Shown in pieces: positions 29,859-45,010 of a stretch of DNA of 64,000 nt (its first letter is position 1; each line of letters begins with the position of its first letter). The notes below the pieces were generated by a model. That model was not told the origin of the DNA. It did not search any database and saw only the letters and a program-made list of their open reading frames with translations. Source of the stretch: the human T2T-CHM13v2.0 reference genome, Homo sapiens; the NCBI RefSeq assembly GCF_009914755.1, contig NC_060932.1, one strand, 5' to 3'. The translations under genes were made by a program, and so were the position numbers.

Positions 29859-29916
29859 TTATAAAGTTAGTAAAGTCAATACTAGAATTATAAAGTTAGT
29901 AAAGTCAATACTAGAA
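29859..29916. repeat. Perfect 29-bp tandem duplication
   Basis: TTATAAAGTTAGTAAAGTCAATACTAGAA x2. Confidence 0.97.
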
Positions 29917-30459
29917 AGATCACACACATGTCCCCTAACACACACACACTTGTGTACAAAATTAAGGGTTTACCCAGCAGACTTTCAACAGGCACAGAGA
30001 GTGAGACAGCAAAGAACCATGATTCTGGTGGAGGAAATAGCAAGGGCAACGGCAGAAGGGAGGAACACACTGCAGAGTACAGTAAGCCATCTGAGGGGAA
30101 TGTCAGTTCAGAGGTATAGGGAAGAGGAGGGAAAGAAGGCTGCGGTGGTGGGACACTGCCACAGGAATGAGTGTTTCTGAAGGAGACGGACTGATAAGGC
30201 AGAAAATGGCCCACTCACTTCAAGAGGTTTCAGAGAGCAGGATGCAGCTCTGTTTTAAGATCTTTACTACATGCGAGTGCTAGAAGACTTTTGGGCACAT
30301 AGTACAGTGGGAGTTAGGGTAAGTAGGTGAGAAAAGAAGACTGGATAAAAGAAAAGAACAGAGAAATGTGATCCATCCGTTAAGAAGACACATTCTTTCC
30401 CAATATTCCTAAGAAACTTCTGGCATCCACGACATTGTTGCAGAAGGCAAGATAATTGT

Positions 30460-30757
30460 TTTGTTGCTGATGTTGAGACAAGGTCTTGCTATTGTAGACC
30501 TGCGTGGAGTGCAGTGGCATGAACATGGCTCACTGCAGCCTCAACCTACTGGGCTCAAGTAATCCTCCCAACTCAGCCTCTGAAGTAGCTGGGACTACAG
30601 GCACATGCCATCATGACCGGCTAATTTTTAATTTTTTGTAGAGATGGGGTCTTGCCATGTTGCCCAGGCTCGTCTCCAACTCCTGGGCTCATGTGTTCCT
30701 CCCACATTGGCCACCCAAAGTGCTAGGATTTACAGGTGTAAGCCACCACGCCTGGCC
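30460..30757 (-). mobile_element. AluJ
   Basis: Antisense dimer with ctgggctcaag; flanking repeat GCAAGATAATT. Confidence 0.88.
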
Positions 30758-31221
30758 TGCAAGATAATTCTAACAGCTAGGTGAATCCTTTCAGTTCAAA
30801 CAAGAATGAAATAATATGAGAATGAAATCTGGTCTAGTTTTAAAAACTAGACCAGAAAAGGCCACTTCATCACGATTTCAACTGCCAGCATTTCTGTGGG
30901 GAAATGACTAATATAAACTAATCACTGATTTACTACTCTAGTATTACTATTCCAGTAATAATCGTTACAATAGCTAGTTTGTTTGGTATTGACTAAATGT
31001 TATTGTATTAAGCACTTTACATACAGTACATTACTTCATTCACTCTTACTAACAGTCCATGAGATAAGTACTATTACCATCCTCACTGTGTAGATATAAA
31101 CACTTACCCTTGATCATACAACTCATAAATAAGGAAATTTAAATTAGAATATGCCACCCCAAAACAAGCCACTTCGGCATAACAATTATTTTGAGCTTAA
31201 AGCAATTAAGAAACAGCAAGG

Positions 31222-31996
<775 letters not shown>

Positions 31997-34900
31997 CTAA
32001 AAGCAAGGCATAAATCTCCCTTTGTGAAAGTGTTTCCCCTACCTCCTTTCTAGGAAGAGGAGAAAAACTGTTGTCACAAGAGATGAAATGTCAGTACCAA
32101 GATGAGTCTGCATAAATAAACCTTGTTAAAATAATCCCTATCATCTATTTGTTTCCCCCTTATATTTATCTTCCCTATAATTTACTGCCCTATAATTCCT
32201 AGAAGTCTCCTTTTCTCTGTCTTGTCACTTCTCCACAATTTTCTGCTCTTTGCTAAAATGGTATATAAGCTCCTAGGCCTAGCTGCTTCTTTGGGGTTTT
32301 TCATTTCTTTTCCGTGAGGCCCCTTATGTCCATACTAAATAAGCCTTTTCTCCTGTTAATTTGTCTTTTGTCCATATAATTTGCAGATGTCAGCCACTGA
32401 ACCTTACAGGGTACCCTCCTCTATACTCCATATCCTAAAGTAGGACAGGCCTAGGTTCAAATCTCAAGTCTATCATTTACTGTCTGTGTGGTACCTTGGT
32501 CAAGCAGCTTTATCTTTCTAAACCTCATCCTCCCCATCTGGAAAATGGAAATTATAATGGCATTTACCTCACAGAGATGTTATTAAATTTAAGCAAGATA
32601 CTGCATGCCAAGTGCCTCGTACACGATGAGCTCAATAAATATTTATAATGGCAATGACACAATGATGACAACCATACCAACTATCCATCCTTGGCCACTG
32701 CATTGGAGCCAGCCTTTTACCCCGTGGACAGGAAGCAGAAGCTTCAGACAACGCTGAAGAGTTTATATCCCTAGGCGTTGGCAATAACAAGTACCTTAGG
32801 AATACATTAAAATTCAATACTCTTTAAACATACTTTGTATATTCATCCAATGAGGCCTTCCTCAAAACTTTCAGAACCACAGCAATTATTAAATAGGTCT
32901 CTCCCTGAGGGGTTTATCTAACTGACACTATGTGTTATACCTTACCAAACTGGGCAATATTCACAAAACCTCTGGACTGGACTGCCTGCCAACCTAACCT
33001 TTGATTCTCAGCGACTCTAATTATGGCTGCTACTTATTAAGCACTGACTAAGTAGAGGGATTCAATCACAGTGAATATCCTGAAACTCATGCGATACTCC
33101 CTCAAGGCAGTTGCTTTATAGATAAGAAAAATGAAACTCAGTGGTGAAGAAAGGATTAGATCCCACTTCATTTGATTCCAAATCCTATCCTTCTCCACTG
33201 ACACACTCAGGAAAGACTATCGTGGATACTAGAATATTGTGTGCCACAATATCTATTCAGAATCCACTATGTGAAAGACTTGATGACAAATACCAGGAAC
33301 AAAAAGGTGAATAAGACAAGACTTCCTGTCCTGTAATAATATTGACAAAGTAATAATAATAATAATTTGCAATCACAAGTTTTGATTAATGTGCCAAGAA
33401 CTGTGCTAAGTATTTCTCCTGCATTATCTCGTTCAGTGTTCACAATTTAGAAACTGGTTTAGAGTAGTTAAGCAAGTTGCTCAATGTCATACAGCTAAGA
33501 AGCAGTAGTGACAGGCACTGACCCCAAAGCCTGTGCTCCTAACTAGTGTACTTGGTTAAGTGCAGGAGCCTCTAGAAGTCTTTTAACTTTAGCCAGATGC
33601 CAAGTGATTGAGAAACCTGAAAATCCAGGTCTTAGCTCCAGACTCTACCATGTCAGGAGACTGAAGCTCCTAGGGGCCTTAATTTCTTCATATATAAAAC
33701 AGGTCTAATAACATCTGCCCTGCTGATTGGCCACTAAGAGGTAAAGGTGTCATAATTAATATAAAAGCTCTTTTGGAAAAATGCAAAAAAATTATAAAAC
33801 CACAAAGGATTATTTCTACTTAATGGGTATAATAAGGCCTTGAGAACACTCTCATAAATCCATCCTGAGGAGCATTCCAAACCACAACCAAGCACAACCT
33901 AGACAACATTTGGTGAAAGATCACACAGAACACAGGCCTCAGTGACACAGAGACTTGGGTCTGAATCCCCACTCTGGTTCTAACTGGGCATATATAACCT
34001 TGGAAATGGCACTTAACTTATGTGGGCCTCAACTTCATACGTGAAATGGGACAATGCCTATAAGGAACATGGAATGAGTCTAAAAATACCTTTACTTCTA
34101 TTAATTTCATTTACTCCAAAATTCAGAGCTGAAGTTCTGATGCTAATGGATGCTAATTTAAACATGGTATTTTTTGGAGGATTCCAGGATATATAAGATG
34201 ACTGTGGATCAAATTCCAGGTTTTCTGTTTATAAACTGTGATCTAGGGCAATTTATACATCATCTCAGACTCTTGTCTTCTTAGCCATAGTAATACCTAC
34301 TTGATGGGGTTATTAAAGGAAATAGATGAGAAAGACTATGAAGTGCCTCATCTAGTATCTGGTATACAGTGGGTGTTTATAAAATGCTAAGTACCATCCC
34401 ACACTCCAGAGTCTCACTTCCTTAATTTCCCATACTCTTTCCTGGGAGCCTAGCCTCTCTTCCAAGGTCTTTATGCAAGTTCTCCTTCTGTGTCAAGAGT
34501 CCAGAGGAACACATGATAAACATTTGTTTATCATCTTATCTTCATGAACGAAGAAAAATCTTCCAGAGGATAGCTGGGATACACGCATTATTACACTCCA
34601 GTCATAAAACCTATCCAAAGTTCTCCTGTCTGTAAGTTCCATCACAATTTCAGGATTCACCCTGACTCTTTCAATGTAAGTGTAACCTACCAAGCATCCT
34701 GTTTTTCACTCTCTTCTTAGCCTCTTGCCAAGGTGGGGGTCCCAGCTTTACATACTTTGTTATACGCCCAGTTCCCAGTGCTGAGCCTGGCACATAGTGA
34801 ATGCTCAGTAAAATGCTCACTGCATGTAGTGGATTCTCCTAGAACAAGTCTTTTTCCTTCTTTCAAAAAATACTTACCAGCAGCCATGTGCCAGCCATAT

Positions 34901-35039
34901 AAAATACAGTGAGCTATAATGTAATAATAAAGCCATGTAATATGTGACATAAATCATAGCACTGCCATAAAAGGGGAAGTGACAAATTCTTTTTATATTA
35001 TCCTATGCATACTTTGTAGCACTAATCACACTTATAAAA

Positions 35040-36200
35040 TATTTAATTCTATTTGTTTTTAAAATTATATAAGTAATTCATATGCTATTACAGAGAAATA
35101 TAAAGATAAAATTATAATTTCCTTTCCCTTTTTCCAATCCCACCTCCTTAAGATAAGCAAAGTTAATAATCTGGAGTGTATCTCAGTGAAACCTTAGGAT
35201 TAAAAAAGATATACACACACATACAGACACACAAATATAGGTGTTTTCACCCCTTTCTCCCTTTTAAAAAAAATAAATGGGATATTACATACGACCACCA
35301 TGGCTTGCTTTTTTCCTATGGAATAAAAATCATGAAATTTAATATAAGTAAATCTAATTATTTTAACTGGGATATGTTCCATAATAAATACGCCTGCTGA
35401 AAGGATACTAGGTTTTCTGCAGCTTTTGCCATCAAAACACAATGCTACAATAAATACTCTTATACACAAGCTCTTACACGCTGTTACTTTATCTCTGGAA
35501 AAATATCTTCACAAAAGCAGGACTGCTGGGGGATAGTGTGTACATTTCAAGTTTTAGTTAATATTGCCACATTCTTTCCAGAGAAGCTGGTTAAAGCAAT
35601 TCACATTCCCAACAGCAATGCACATATAAAAGGGGCTAATTCTCTTCAACCATATCAGCACATAGATGTTACTGTTCTTTTTTAATTCTGGCCACATGTG
35701 TATAAAAAACTGCCTATAGTAAGCCTATCTTTTTGCATTTTATTGTCCATTAACATTTCCTTTTCTGCCTGTTTACATATTTAGCCCTGTTTTCCAATGC
35801 TAGTATTTTTCCTATCAGTTTGTAAGAATGTCTTGTACAAGGGATAGAAACTTTTATAATATGTGTTGCAAATATTTCTTCCACTTGTCTTGTAACTTGT
35901 TAGTGGTGTCCTTTGCCATGGAGAAATTTAAAAATGTCATGTAGTCATATATATCAATCTGTATGCAAAAGACTTTTTTGGGTTTCCGGCCTTATGTTCC
36001 TAAGCCTTCTAATATTTAGTATTTTTAAAAACCCTTAACCTTTAACCCAAAACAATGTATTTGTTTATATAGCACAGGAAAGGGTTCGTTAAAGTAAGTT
36101 ATTAAACTTTTTAAAGTTTTATTCACTTCAATATTTAAATACGTAATACATCTGCAATGAAATTATCTATATGGCATGAGGAGGAGTTCTAACTTTTTTT
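35040..36200 (-). mobile_element. Highly degraded L1ME-type fragments
   Basis: ttttgccatcaaaacacaatgctacaataaat, ttcacattcccaacagcaatg, tgttgcaaatatttcttcc resemble antisense old L1. Confidence 0.55.
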
Positions 36201-36549
36201 TCTTTCTTCTGTATGAAAACATACTGCTATTTCAGATGGCCTATAGAAGGCAACTATTTAATATTTGATAAAAAAAGAACACACAGACAACACTTGGATG
36301 GAGTGGGTTAGGTTTCATAAGAGAAGATAATTGAGCAGAAACTTGAAAAATGAATAGTTGTTTAACAAGTAGACTTGGGGTGTGGACATTCAAGGCAAGA
36401 GGTAGCAGCATACCATACAGGCACCATAAAGTACTCAGCAATAAGGAAGTCAGTGTTTGCTTAGGTGGGCTGAGATACACAGAAACTAATATGGAGCCTT
36501 TGGTTGCTCCAGAGCTTACCACCTTCAATCTAGAGCTAGGTAGATTAAG

Positions 36550-36820
36550 ATTTTGTTTTGTTTTGAGACAGGGTCTTGCTCTGTTGCCCAGGCTGTAATG
36601 CCGCGGCATGGTCATAGCTTGCTGTAGCCTCGATCTCCTGGCTCAAGTGATATTCCCACTTCAGTCTCTCCCTAGTAGCTGGGACTATAGGAATGCACTA
36701 CCATGCTTGGCTTTTTTTTTTTTTTTAAGAGATGGGGCCCTACTATGCTGCCCAGGCTAGTCTCAAAATCCAGCCCTCAGGCAATTCTCTCGCCTCAGCC
36801 TCCCAAAGTGCTGTGATTAA
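36550..36820 (-). mobile_element. AluJ
   Basis: tgagacagggtcttgctctgttgcccaggctg...cctcccaaagtgctgtgatta. Confidence 0.87.
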
Positions 36821-37916
36821 CGTTTTAAAAGCACTGCCCTCTGTTCCTGTTCATCATCAGATAGTGGCTCAGATCCTTTTTGCCACCAATCCAAAAACTT
36901 AGTGCCACCTGTCCTGTGACCCGGAAAATAATTTGTTTTAACTTTACAGACACCATATTATTGGGGAATGAGGGCTGGATTTGGGGTCTAAACTCTTTAT
37001 TTTCTTATCTATAACACTAATTTGGAAACAACTGCTGATTATGAGCAAATTATTTCACTTCCCTGAGCCTCAGTTTCCTTACATTTTCCCACCACTAACT
37101 GTATTAGTCTATTGTTAAGATTAAAGACAAAATCCTTGGAGGCAGAAAGCCCTGTGGACATTTTTTAAAACTGCTTTCCTCCATGCCACTTTGGATGATT
37201 CATTTCTATAATTTCTCAAGGTCATTTTGACTTTGGAGTTGTTCTTTCAAAGTCCTAACCAAGCCTCAGCAAGAGTCTGGCCCCAGCCTCTGGGGTGTTA
37301 TCTGGAAACTCAGCATGCATATTCTCATTTCTGCAGCACTGACAAATCCATTAAATAACAGAGCCCCAAGAAAAGATACTCAAAGAGTTCCACAGGGCTA
37401 TTACTCAGCATTTAAACAGCACCTGAACATCACTCTCCTATAGCAGAAGCAGAAATGTTCTCTCTTCTGGCTTCATCATACAGCCTTCCTACCTGCCAGA
37501 AGAAATACACAATACACTTTGGTTTACTGATGGCTCTGTAGGTAATTGCAATGCTTTGAGATGTGGTCCTAAAATAGGTAGCAAAGACACAACCAATTCC
37601 TCCCCTACTTCAGCCTCCACAGTATGACTACCCAATGGAGTCAACCCTTCTAAATAAATAGGTGTTTAAAAATAGGACCCCATATTTAACTACTAATTCA
37701 CAAACTTTCATCAAGCACCTACAATGGGATACAAAGGTTATTTAGTGTTTAGAATTATGGCCTTGGGTACCACCTTTAAGTCCTTCTGAGCTTTAGCTTC
37801 TTGGCTTATAAATTATATGTAAAATCGAGATAATAAAACCTCATTGGGTTCTTGTTCTGCTAATGAGGTGGTAGCCTACGATAGGACTCAGCCTGAGCAG
37901 CTACCCTCTGAACACT

Positions 37917-38225
37917 ATTTTTTTGTGGTTTTTTTTTGAGACAGGATCTCACTCTGTTGCGCAGGTTGGAGCACACTGGCGCAATTACAGCTCACTGCAC
38001 ACTTGACCTCACTGGTTCTGGCAATTCTCCCACCTCAGACTCCTGAGTAGCTGGAACCACAGGTGCATGCCACCATGCCCAGCTAATTTTTTTTTTGTAT
38101 TTTTTGCAGAGATGGGGTTTTGCCATGTTGCCCAGGCTGGTCTCGAATTCCTGGGCTCAAGTGATTCGCCTCCCTTGGCCTCCCAAAGTGCTGGAACTAC
38201 AGGCATGAGCCACACTGCACCTGGA
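37917..38225 (-). mobile_element. AluJ
   Basis: Antisense dimer, ctgggctcaagtgattcgcctccc. Confidence 0.88.
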
Positions 38226-39086
38226 CTCTCCAAACTATTTTTAATCATCAATCCGTGTCAGTAAAACATTTCAAAGCATTTCCAATCAATGCTTATATGT
38301 TTATTTAATCAATTATAAATTATTATATATATTATACTATATATAACACAGTATATAGTATAGATAACATATTGTTTATATAAATCAATGGTTCTGATCT
38401 CAATGTCAGGGGTTCCAAAAACCCCTGAAATTGACTGAAATATTCTGCTTTGTAAGATTTTTTGTTTTAAGTTCAGATAACGTGTGTCGTCGTTCTGAGG
38501 CTTACTAAGGGGTCTATGACCCCAAAATGTTCAGAATTAGAAGAAATGTTAGCTGTATCTGAAGACAAAGCTTCTTGCCCTTTCTGGGTGCACAGTTGGC
38601 GAGTCTGAGGGAAGGGCAACAGCACATGTGAGATCAAAAGGGGCAGGTCTCTTTGGATCAGTTGCTAGGGAAATGCAGTATTGTTAGACACTATCAACTC
38701 CCCTTTGGGTATAAACAGTGCATTTTAGAGGCTACAAAAGTATCTTCATCTCATTTCATAAACAGACAAGAAAAAAAATCATCTCTGTTTCACTGGTAGA
38801 AAAACCAAGGTCCTGAGAAACGAAGGACTTGTTAAGAAATACTCAGTTACTTCCTGTCAGAGTAGAGATCACATCCCAGCTCTCTACCTAGGAGCATCCT
38901 AGCTCCTCACTGTACAGGTGGCATAGAACACCCCCCAAAACATGACCTCAACTAGGCTTCTCCACTTCAGAACTCTGGGAAAAAGCATCACCCTCAAATG
39001 TGGACAAGATAATGAGGGCCACAGAGAACACAGATGTGCTGGGTGCTCCAAAAGTATGTGTGTTTGTGATTCAGAATATACACAAT

Positions 39087-39391
<305 letters not shown>

Positions 39392-40423
39392 CTAAATAAT
39401 GAAAAAAAACAAAAAAACCTTTAACTTGAAAAATATATAAACAATGGGAAAAAACCTTTAAAAAGACCAGTGGCTATTATTTTTTTTTCTTTTAGCTCAT
39501 CTGAATTTTCTATAGTAAACACATTAATATCACTGCACTTTCACAATGGGGAAAGAAACCAGAAAACACCAGTGAGAAAAATCAGCACGGGGTGTTCCAG
39601 TCCCCCCAGCACCCATACAGCTCTCCACAATGAAACAAGTACATGTCTGATCAATTACCCAAGACATGGAAGATCTGAGAATATCCTTCTGTTGTCTGTG
39701 AATGCAACAGACAAACTAGCCGAGCAAAGTCATCCTCTATCAACCTCTAAATGTTCTGTCTTATGGCACTGATTATCAATGAAAACCAGTTCAGAATCAG
39801 CAACAATCTGCTTGACTTGCATACCCAAATGAGGCATCACAGAATCAGTAAATAGTTATTCTTTCTTGCTAAACGCTTAATTGGAGAAACCTCTCCAGTC
39901 ATAAAAATACACTTAAAAATTCACATTGACATGTGAACTAGAAATAAAACTAAACACACACATATGACTGCTTGTTAGAGGTTGTCATGGCATGGTTGTT
40001 TTCAGAGGGCAGATTCTTTGCTACAGTTTAAGTGCAACAGCTTTATACAGGAAAATACAATCCTACTTTGATGAGACATAAACCATTTAAGAATGAGGAA
40101 AATGCATTTTGAAATAGGAGGCAGCAAGATATAGGTAAAGCCATAGAATCTTTTGACTGTAGTTGTCAAGAAGGGTCTGTTTAAGGCTCAAAGGTGGTCC
40201 TTAACAGTCATTAATCTGAATCTTTATGTAAACAGTGAAAATAACTAATTGAAGACTGAAAAGCACAATGGACTCTACCTGGCACAGAGTAGGTATTCAA
40301 CAAATGGCAGCTATATTTATTTTTACCAAAATAAATCATTAAAGCAGAGAAATACATTTTTATATTCACCTTTAACAGAGCAAATTTGTTGTTCATCCTA
40401 AGGCTTTAAAAAACCCCAAAATA

Positions 40424-40763
40424 GGCTGGGCGTGCTGGCTCACACCTGTAAATCCCAACGCTTTAGTAGGCAGAGGTGGGTGGATGGCTTGGGCCCAGGA
40501 GTTCAAGACTAGCCTGGGCAACATGGTGAAGCCCCATCTCTACCAAACACCACCTCCCTCCCACACACAAAACAAAAATTAGCTGGGCATGGTGGCATGC
40601 AACTGTGGTCCCAGCTGCTACTCGGGAGGCTGAGGAGGGAGGATCACCTGAGCCTGGGAGGTCAAGGATGCCGTGAGTGAGACTGCGTTACTGCTCTCCA
40701 GCCTGGGCAACACAGTGAGATCCTGTCTCCAAAACAAACAAACAAACAAACAAACAAACAAAC
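40424..40763 (+). mobile_element. AluJ with (CAAA)n tail
   Basis: Dimer with C-rich linker insertion; flanks aaccccaaaatag / aaccccaaactag. Confidence 0.88.
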
Positions 40764-42569
40764 ACCAACCCCAAACTAGCGGTCGTGGGATGAGTACTCA
40801 CAAATTTATTTTAAACTACTTAATTTATCATGATGTACATTCCCCAAAGATAGAAGAAGCACACATCATTAAAAAATTAACTCATTTTAAGTAAAATGAG
40901 AGCACTCATTCTACAACCAGCAAAACGGAGAGTGCATACACAGGCTCATACACACAGTGAATAGCTTCTAATTTCAAGTAAAAGAATATGTGAGCCAATA
41001 ACTAGGATCCAAAAATTGAAACTTCCTAAGAAGCCTCGGGTTTTAATATTATTCTGGAAAGAGACACTGATTTTTAAACAGCATTCTTTTGAATCCCTCT
41101 AGTTTATCCCCACATAATTTAAGGAGTAATGCTCTCCTGGGTAAGTATATTCCCTTTGGGGGAAAAAAACCCCTTCCTTGACCCTTCATTATTAAAATAA
41201 TGAAGGAACTCATTATTTTAATTTGTTTTCACCTCCCAAGGAGGTGGACCCACAAGAATGCAAAATGCCTTGAAGGCCCAAAGAAATCTGTTTAGATTTT
41301 GCTCAATCCCAGTATTTCTATCTAAAGCCTTTTGAGAGCTTAAGAATTGTTATTATTTTTACTAATCAATTTACTGTAATTCAAAAAGATTTTTTAAAAA
41401 ATCTGGCTATCCACAAACTTGAAAAACAGCAAAAAAAGGTAAAATTTCCTAGAGACAAGCTGCTTTTGTACACCTTGTGACATTTTATTCTAATCTATTA
41501 TATCTCTTACATATGCTTGTTAAGAAAACTTTTCTCCCCACTGAAAACCGCAGGATTAAAATAAGCATTACATGACACCATGGTAAGACACCGAACCTAA
41601 TTACCAACTCTAGTTACAACTGAATTCACACTATACCTTCAAGTTTGAGGAAATACTTAACTAAAAAATAGCTCAAATGAAGTTGTTTGGTTACAAAAAC
41701 ATTTGCTTCCTATCCACTGATAAATTTAGTACTTTACCTTTAAAATCCTAGATTTCCTTGTGCACTATGAGCTTTTTCTTAAAATAGATAATTTAACAAA
41801 ATGAAAAAGTGGAGAGAACACCACACATTTTTTGCCTTAAAAAACACAAACCCTGTGTTATAAAACTATCTACTACTTAATTCTAACTGAAAAGGAATGG
41901 GAGACAAAAATGTAAGGAAATGAGAAAATCAATGGCTGTCTTCCTTGTAATGAAAAAGCTGCAAAACTGTTTATAACAATTTAGCTGTGTTTTGAAAATA
42001 TGACTTCCACATCATATGCTGGTAATAAAATTATATACCACTGTCATTTTTTTCCTGCCCAGAAATATTAAAGGATTTACAAGCCTCAACTTTCAGACCA
42101 ACAATGTTATAGATTCTAAGGGGCACCATGTGTTACCAATAAGCTAACATTTATTCTGAATATATCCTGGCATAAATTCTAAGGAACCAGCCATATAATA
42201 ATATGTTCATTTAATTTGAGCAAAGAAAAAAAAAGCCAACACTTTAACACAGAAAAAGACCTAGTAGCAGGAATATCCTGAGTTCCTAGTCCCAGAAAGA
42301 AGTGTATACCTGTACCTGTGTTGTGTGAGAATGTATCTGCTCAAAAAGATTAACATTTTCAACCTAATTCATTTGGTAGAATAGCCAACTCAGTATACCC
42401 ACGCTTATTATGAACCACATGCTTCCATTTCTAAAAGTGCAGTATGTCTCACTGTGTTTTTTAAACAATACTGAGAAGCAAGCAGTAAGCTCTTTTCTCA
42501 AGCCACACCTGACTTACGTGCATTCACATGCCCATGCTTCCAAGGGAAAGCCAGCCCCACTCCTACTGT

Positions 42570-42955
42570 ACTGACCCAGGGTCTCTCACAAAGATCAAGA
42601 TCAAGATGTCTGCCAGGGCTGCAGTCACCTGAAAGTTTGACTGGGGTTAGATTTGCTTCTACGTCTCACTTGCATGGCTAGTAAGTGAGTGGTAGTTCTC
42701 CATAGGACTGCTTGAGTATCCTCAATATGGTAGCTGGCTTCCTCCAAAGAAAATGATCAGAAAAAGAACAGAAGGACGAGGTTGAAGCTATCTTGTCTAT
42801 GGACTGGCCTTGGAAATCACATGGCATCACCTCTACTACATTCTATTCATTAGAAGGGAGTTAGTAACTCTGGTGTACATTCAAGGGGAAAGGGGATTAG
42901 GCTCTATCTTTCTAAAGAAAATTGCCCAAGAATTACAATAAATTAAAACCTCCAC
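42570..42955 (-). mobile_element. MLT1-type MaLR LTR fragment
   Basis: aagatgtctgccagggctgcagtcacctgaaagtttgactgggg...ccataggactgcttgagtatcctc...ttggaaatcacatggcatcacctctactacattctatt. Confidence 0.7.
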
Positions 42956-44582
42956 AGTGCCCAAGAAACTACTAGTCATTTTAATCATATATTAGCAAAA
43001 GGGCGAAGGAGGGAGAAAATGGGAAAGGGAGAGGGACCACTAAGGCAGACTTCCTTAACGACAATGTGTTTCACAGATTAATAATGTTAAAACTTCAAAA
43101 CTTAGAGAACAACACAGGAAAACTGAATGGCTTGGAGAATTTTCCATTGGTCTAAGTAGTTCACAGAATTGAGTTTTGTGTTGTTTTTTAAAATGTCCTC
43201 ATACACAACAAGGAAAAGTGAGACACAAATTCCTAGAACAATCTTGAAACCAAAGGGCTTGCATGGAGACAATTTGTTTAAAAAAAAAAAACCAAAAAAC
43301 CCTCATTTTTATAATGTTTACTAGTACTGATAAAAGTTTATGTGTAAAAATAATACATTTTAAGAGTAAGAAGCTTCACAATGTTTAGCCATTTTTCAAA
43401 TCACTTTGGGAAGCTGAGTGATTGGTAATCTCCAACCAGAAATATAGAAATCCTTTTTAAATGTTTAAAAAATATCACATGGGTTTTGTATCACTTAAGC
43501 ATTGTGAGAAAACAAGAAAATTATGAAAATGCATTGGGAAACAGATAGCAGGGTTCAGCTTCTTGTGGTTTCTCTGGATGAGGCCAAAAGCCCTTGGAGG
43601 GGAACAGCTTGGATTCCACTGAGCATGTATCATGGAAAGCTATGCAACACCACTGTTTTACTCATTTAGTCATTTTTAAAGAATTAAATGTCATAGTGCT
43701 GCCCACAAACCCAGCTATACTATACTTGTTCGTGACTGCAGAAACCCTATCAGGCCTCAATAGTCTGTGAGGAACCCAGAGGGATCTGAGTTTGTCCCTA
43801 TATTTCTGAGACATGACCATGGAAACTACTATTGGTGGTCTCATCTGGGAAACACCAAAGTCATCCCACAGGTTACAATGCTGGGATTTTCCATTTGATG
43901 GATCCATTCATGAATATTCATGATTAGTGAATATTAATAGCTGGTCTCAGAGAGCTTCCCAGGTAGTAACACATCCAGCCAACATGTAGCGATTCATTCA
44001 ACCCTTGTTGAGCCCCTACCATGTGTTAGGTAGAAGACAAATACAGAGTACCTGTAAAGAGCAAAGCTGGGGTCAGCTGGGCTCTCTTTCCATTATTTGC
44101 TAGGTATGGTACCCTGAACAAGTTATTCTGTCTCTCTAAGCTTCAGTTTCATCATCTATAAAATGAGAACAATGGTACTTACCTTATTGGCTTGTTTGGC
44201 TTAGCCTAGTACAGTATAAATACAAAATGAATATCATTTCCTCCAAGTGGTACTCCCTTAGCACCTTCCTCACGCTACCTCAGATCCTTCTTCCTATTTC
44301 ACCCTTTGCACTTTGTAAGCTTTCTTTTATAGCGCTTCCTAGTTTCTAGTTATAAATACTTCCCAGTTTGATGATCTGATTAACATTTATCTCTCCCCTA
44401 CTGGATTGTAAAATTCATGAAGGCAGAGACTTTGATGTGCCAAACACCTAACACCCAGAACAGGAGAATATAATAGGTGCTCAATAAATATCTTTTCAAA
44501 CAAACAAATTACATTGACAAATGCATAAACTACAAAAACGAAAAACATAGTACTAGTCTTATCAAAAAACTCATAGGCCAGT

Positions 44583-45010
44583 GCAACAGTTCTTAATTTT
44601 GGCTGCAAGTTAGAATCAGCTGGGGAATAATATTTTTTTAATCTCAATAGCTAGGCTCTACTCTGGAACAATTCGAGGGTAAGGGTCTGAGAGATTCCTG
44701 TTTTTGTTTTTAAGAGTTCTTCAGGTGATCCTAATCAACAAAGGTAAGAATCATTATCTACTCCAAGAGAGATGGTTAGTAATTGCAATACAATGGGATA
44801 CATGTTCTCCTACAGTATCAGTCTAACAGGACTTCCTGTGATGATGGAGAAGTTTCTATTTCTGCACTATCCAATATGGCACCCACTAGTCATATACGGC
44901 TGTTAAGTTCTTGAAATGTGGCTAAAACTGAGGAACTGAATTTTAAATTTTATTTTAATTCATTTAAAATTTAAAACCATATCTCACCAGAGGCTACTCT
45001 AATAGTACAA
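44583..45010. mobile_element. MER5-like then MER3-like hAT relics
   Basis: cagttcttaattttggctgcaagttagaatcagctgggga...caggtgatcctaat; ctgtgatgatggagaagtttctatttctgcactatccaatatggcacccactagtc. Confidence 0.65.

Noticed and set aside
38333-38362. 11-bp AT-rich inverted repeat
   Set aside because: Expected in TA low-complexity sequence.
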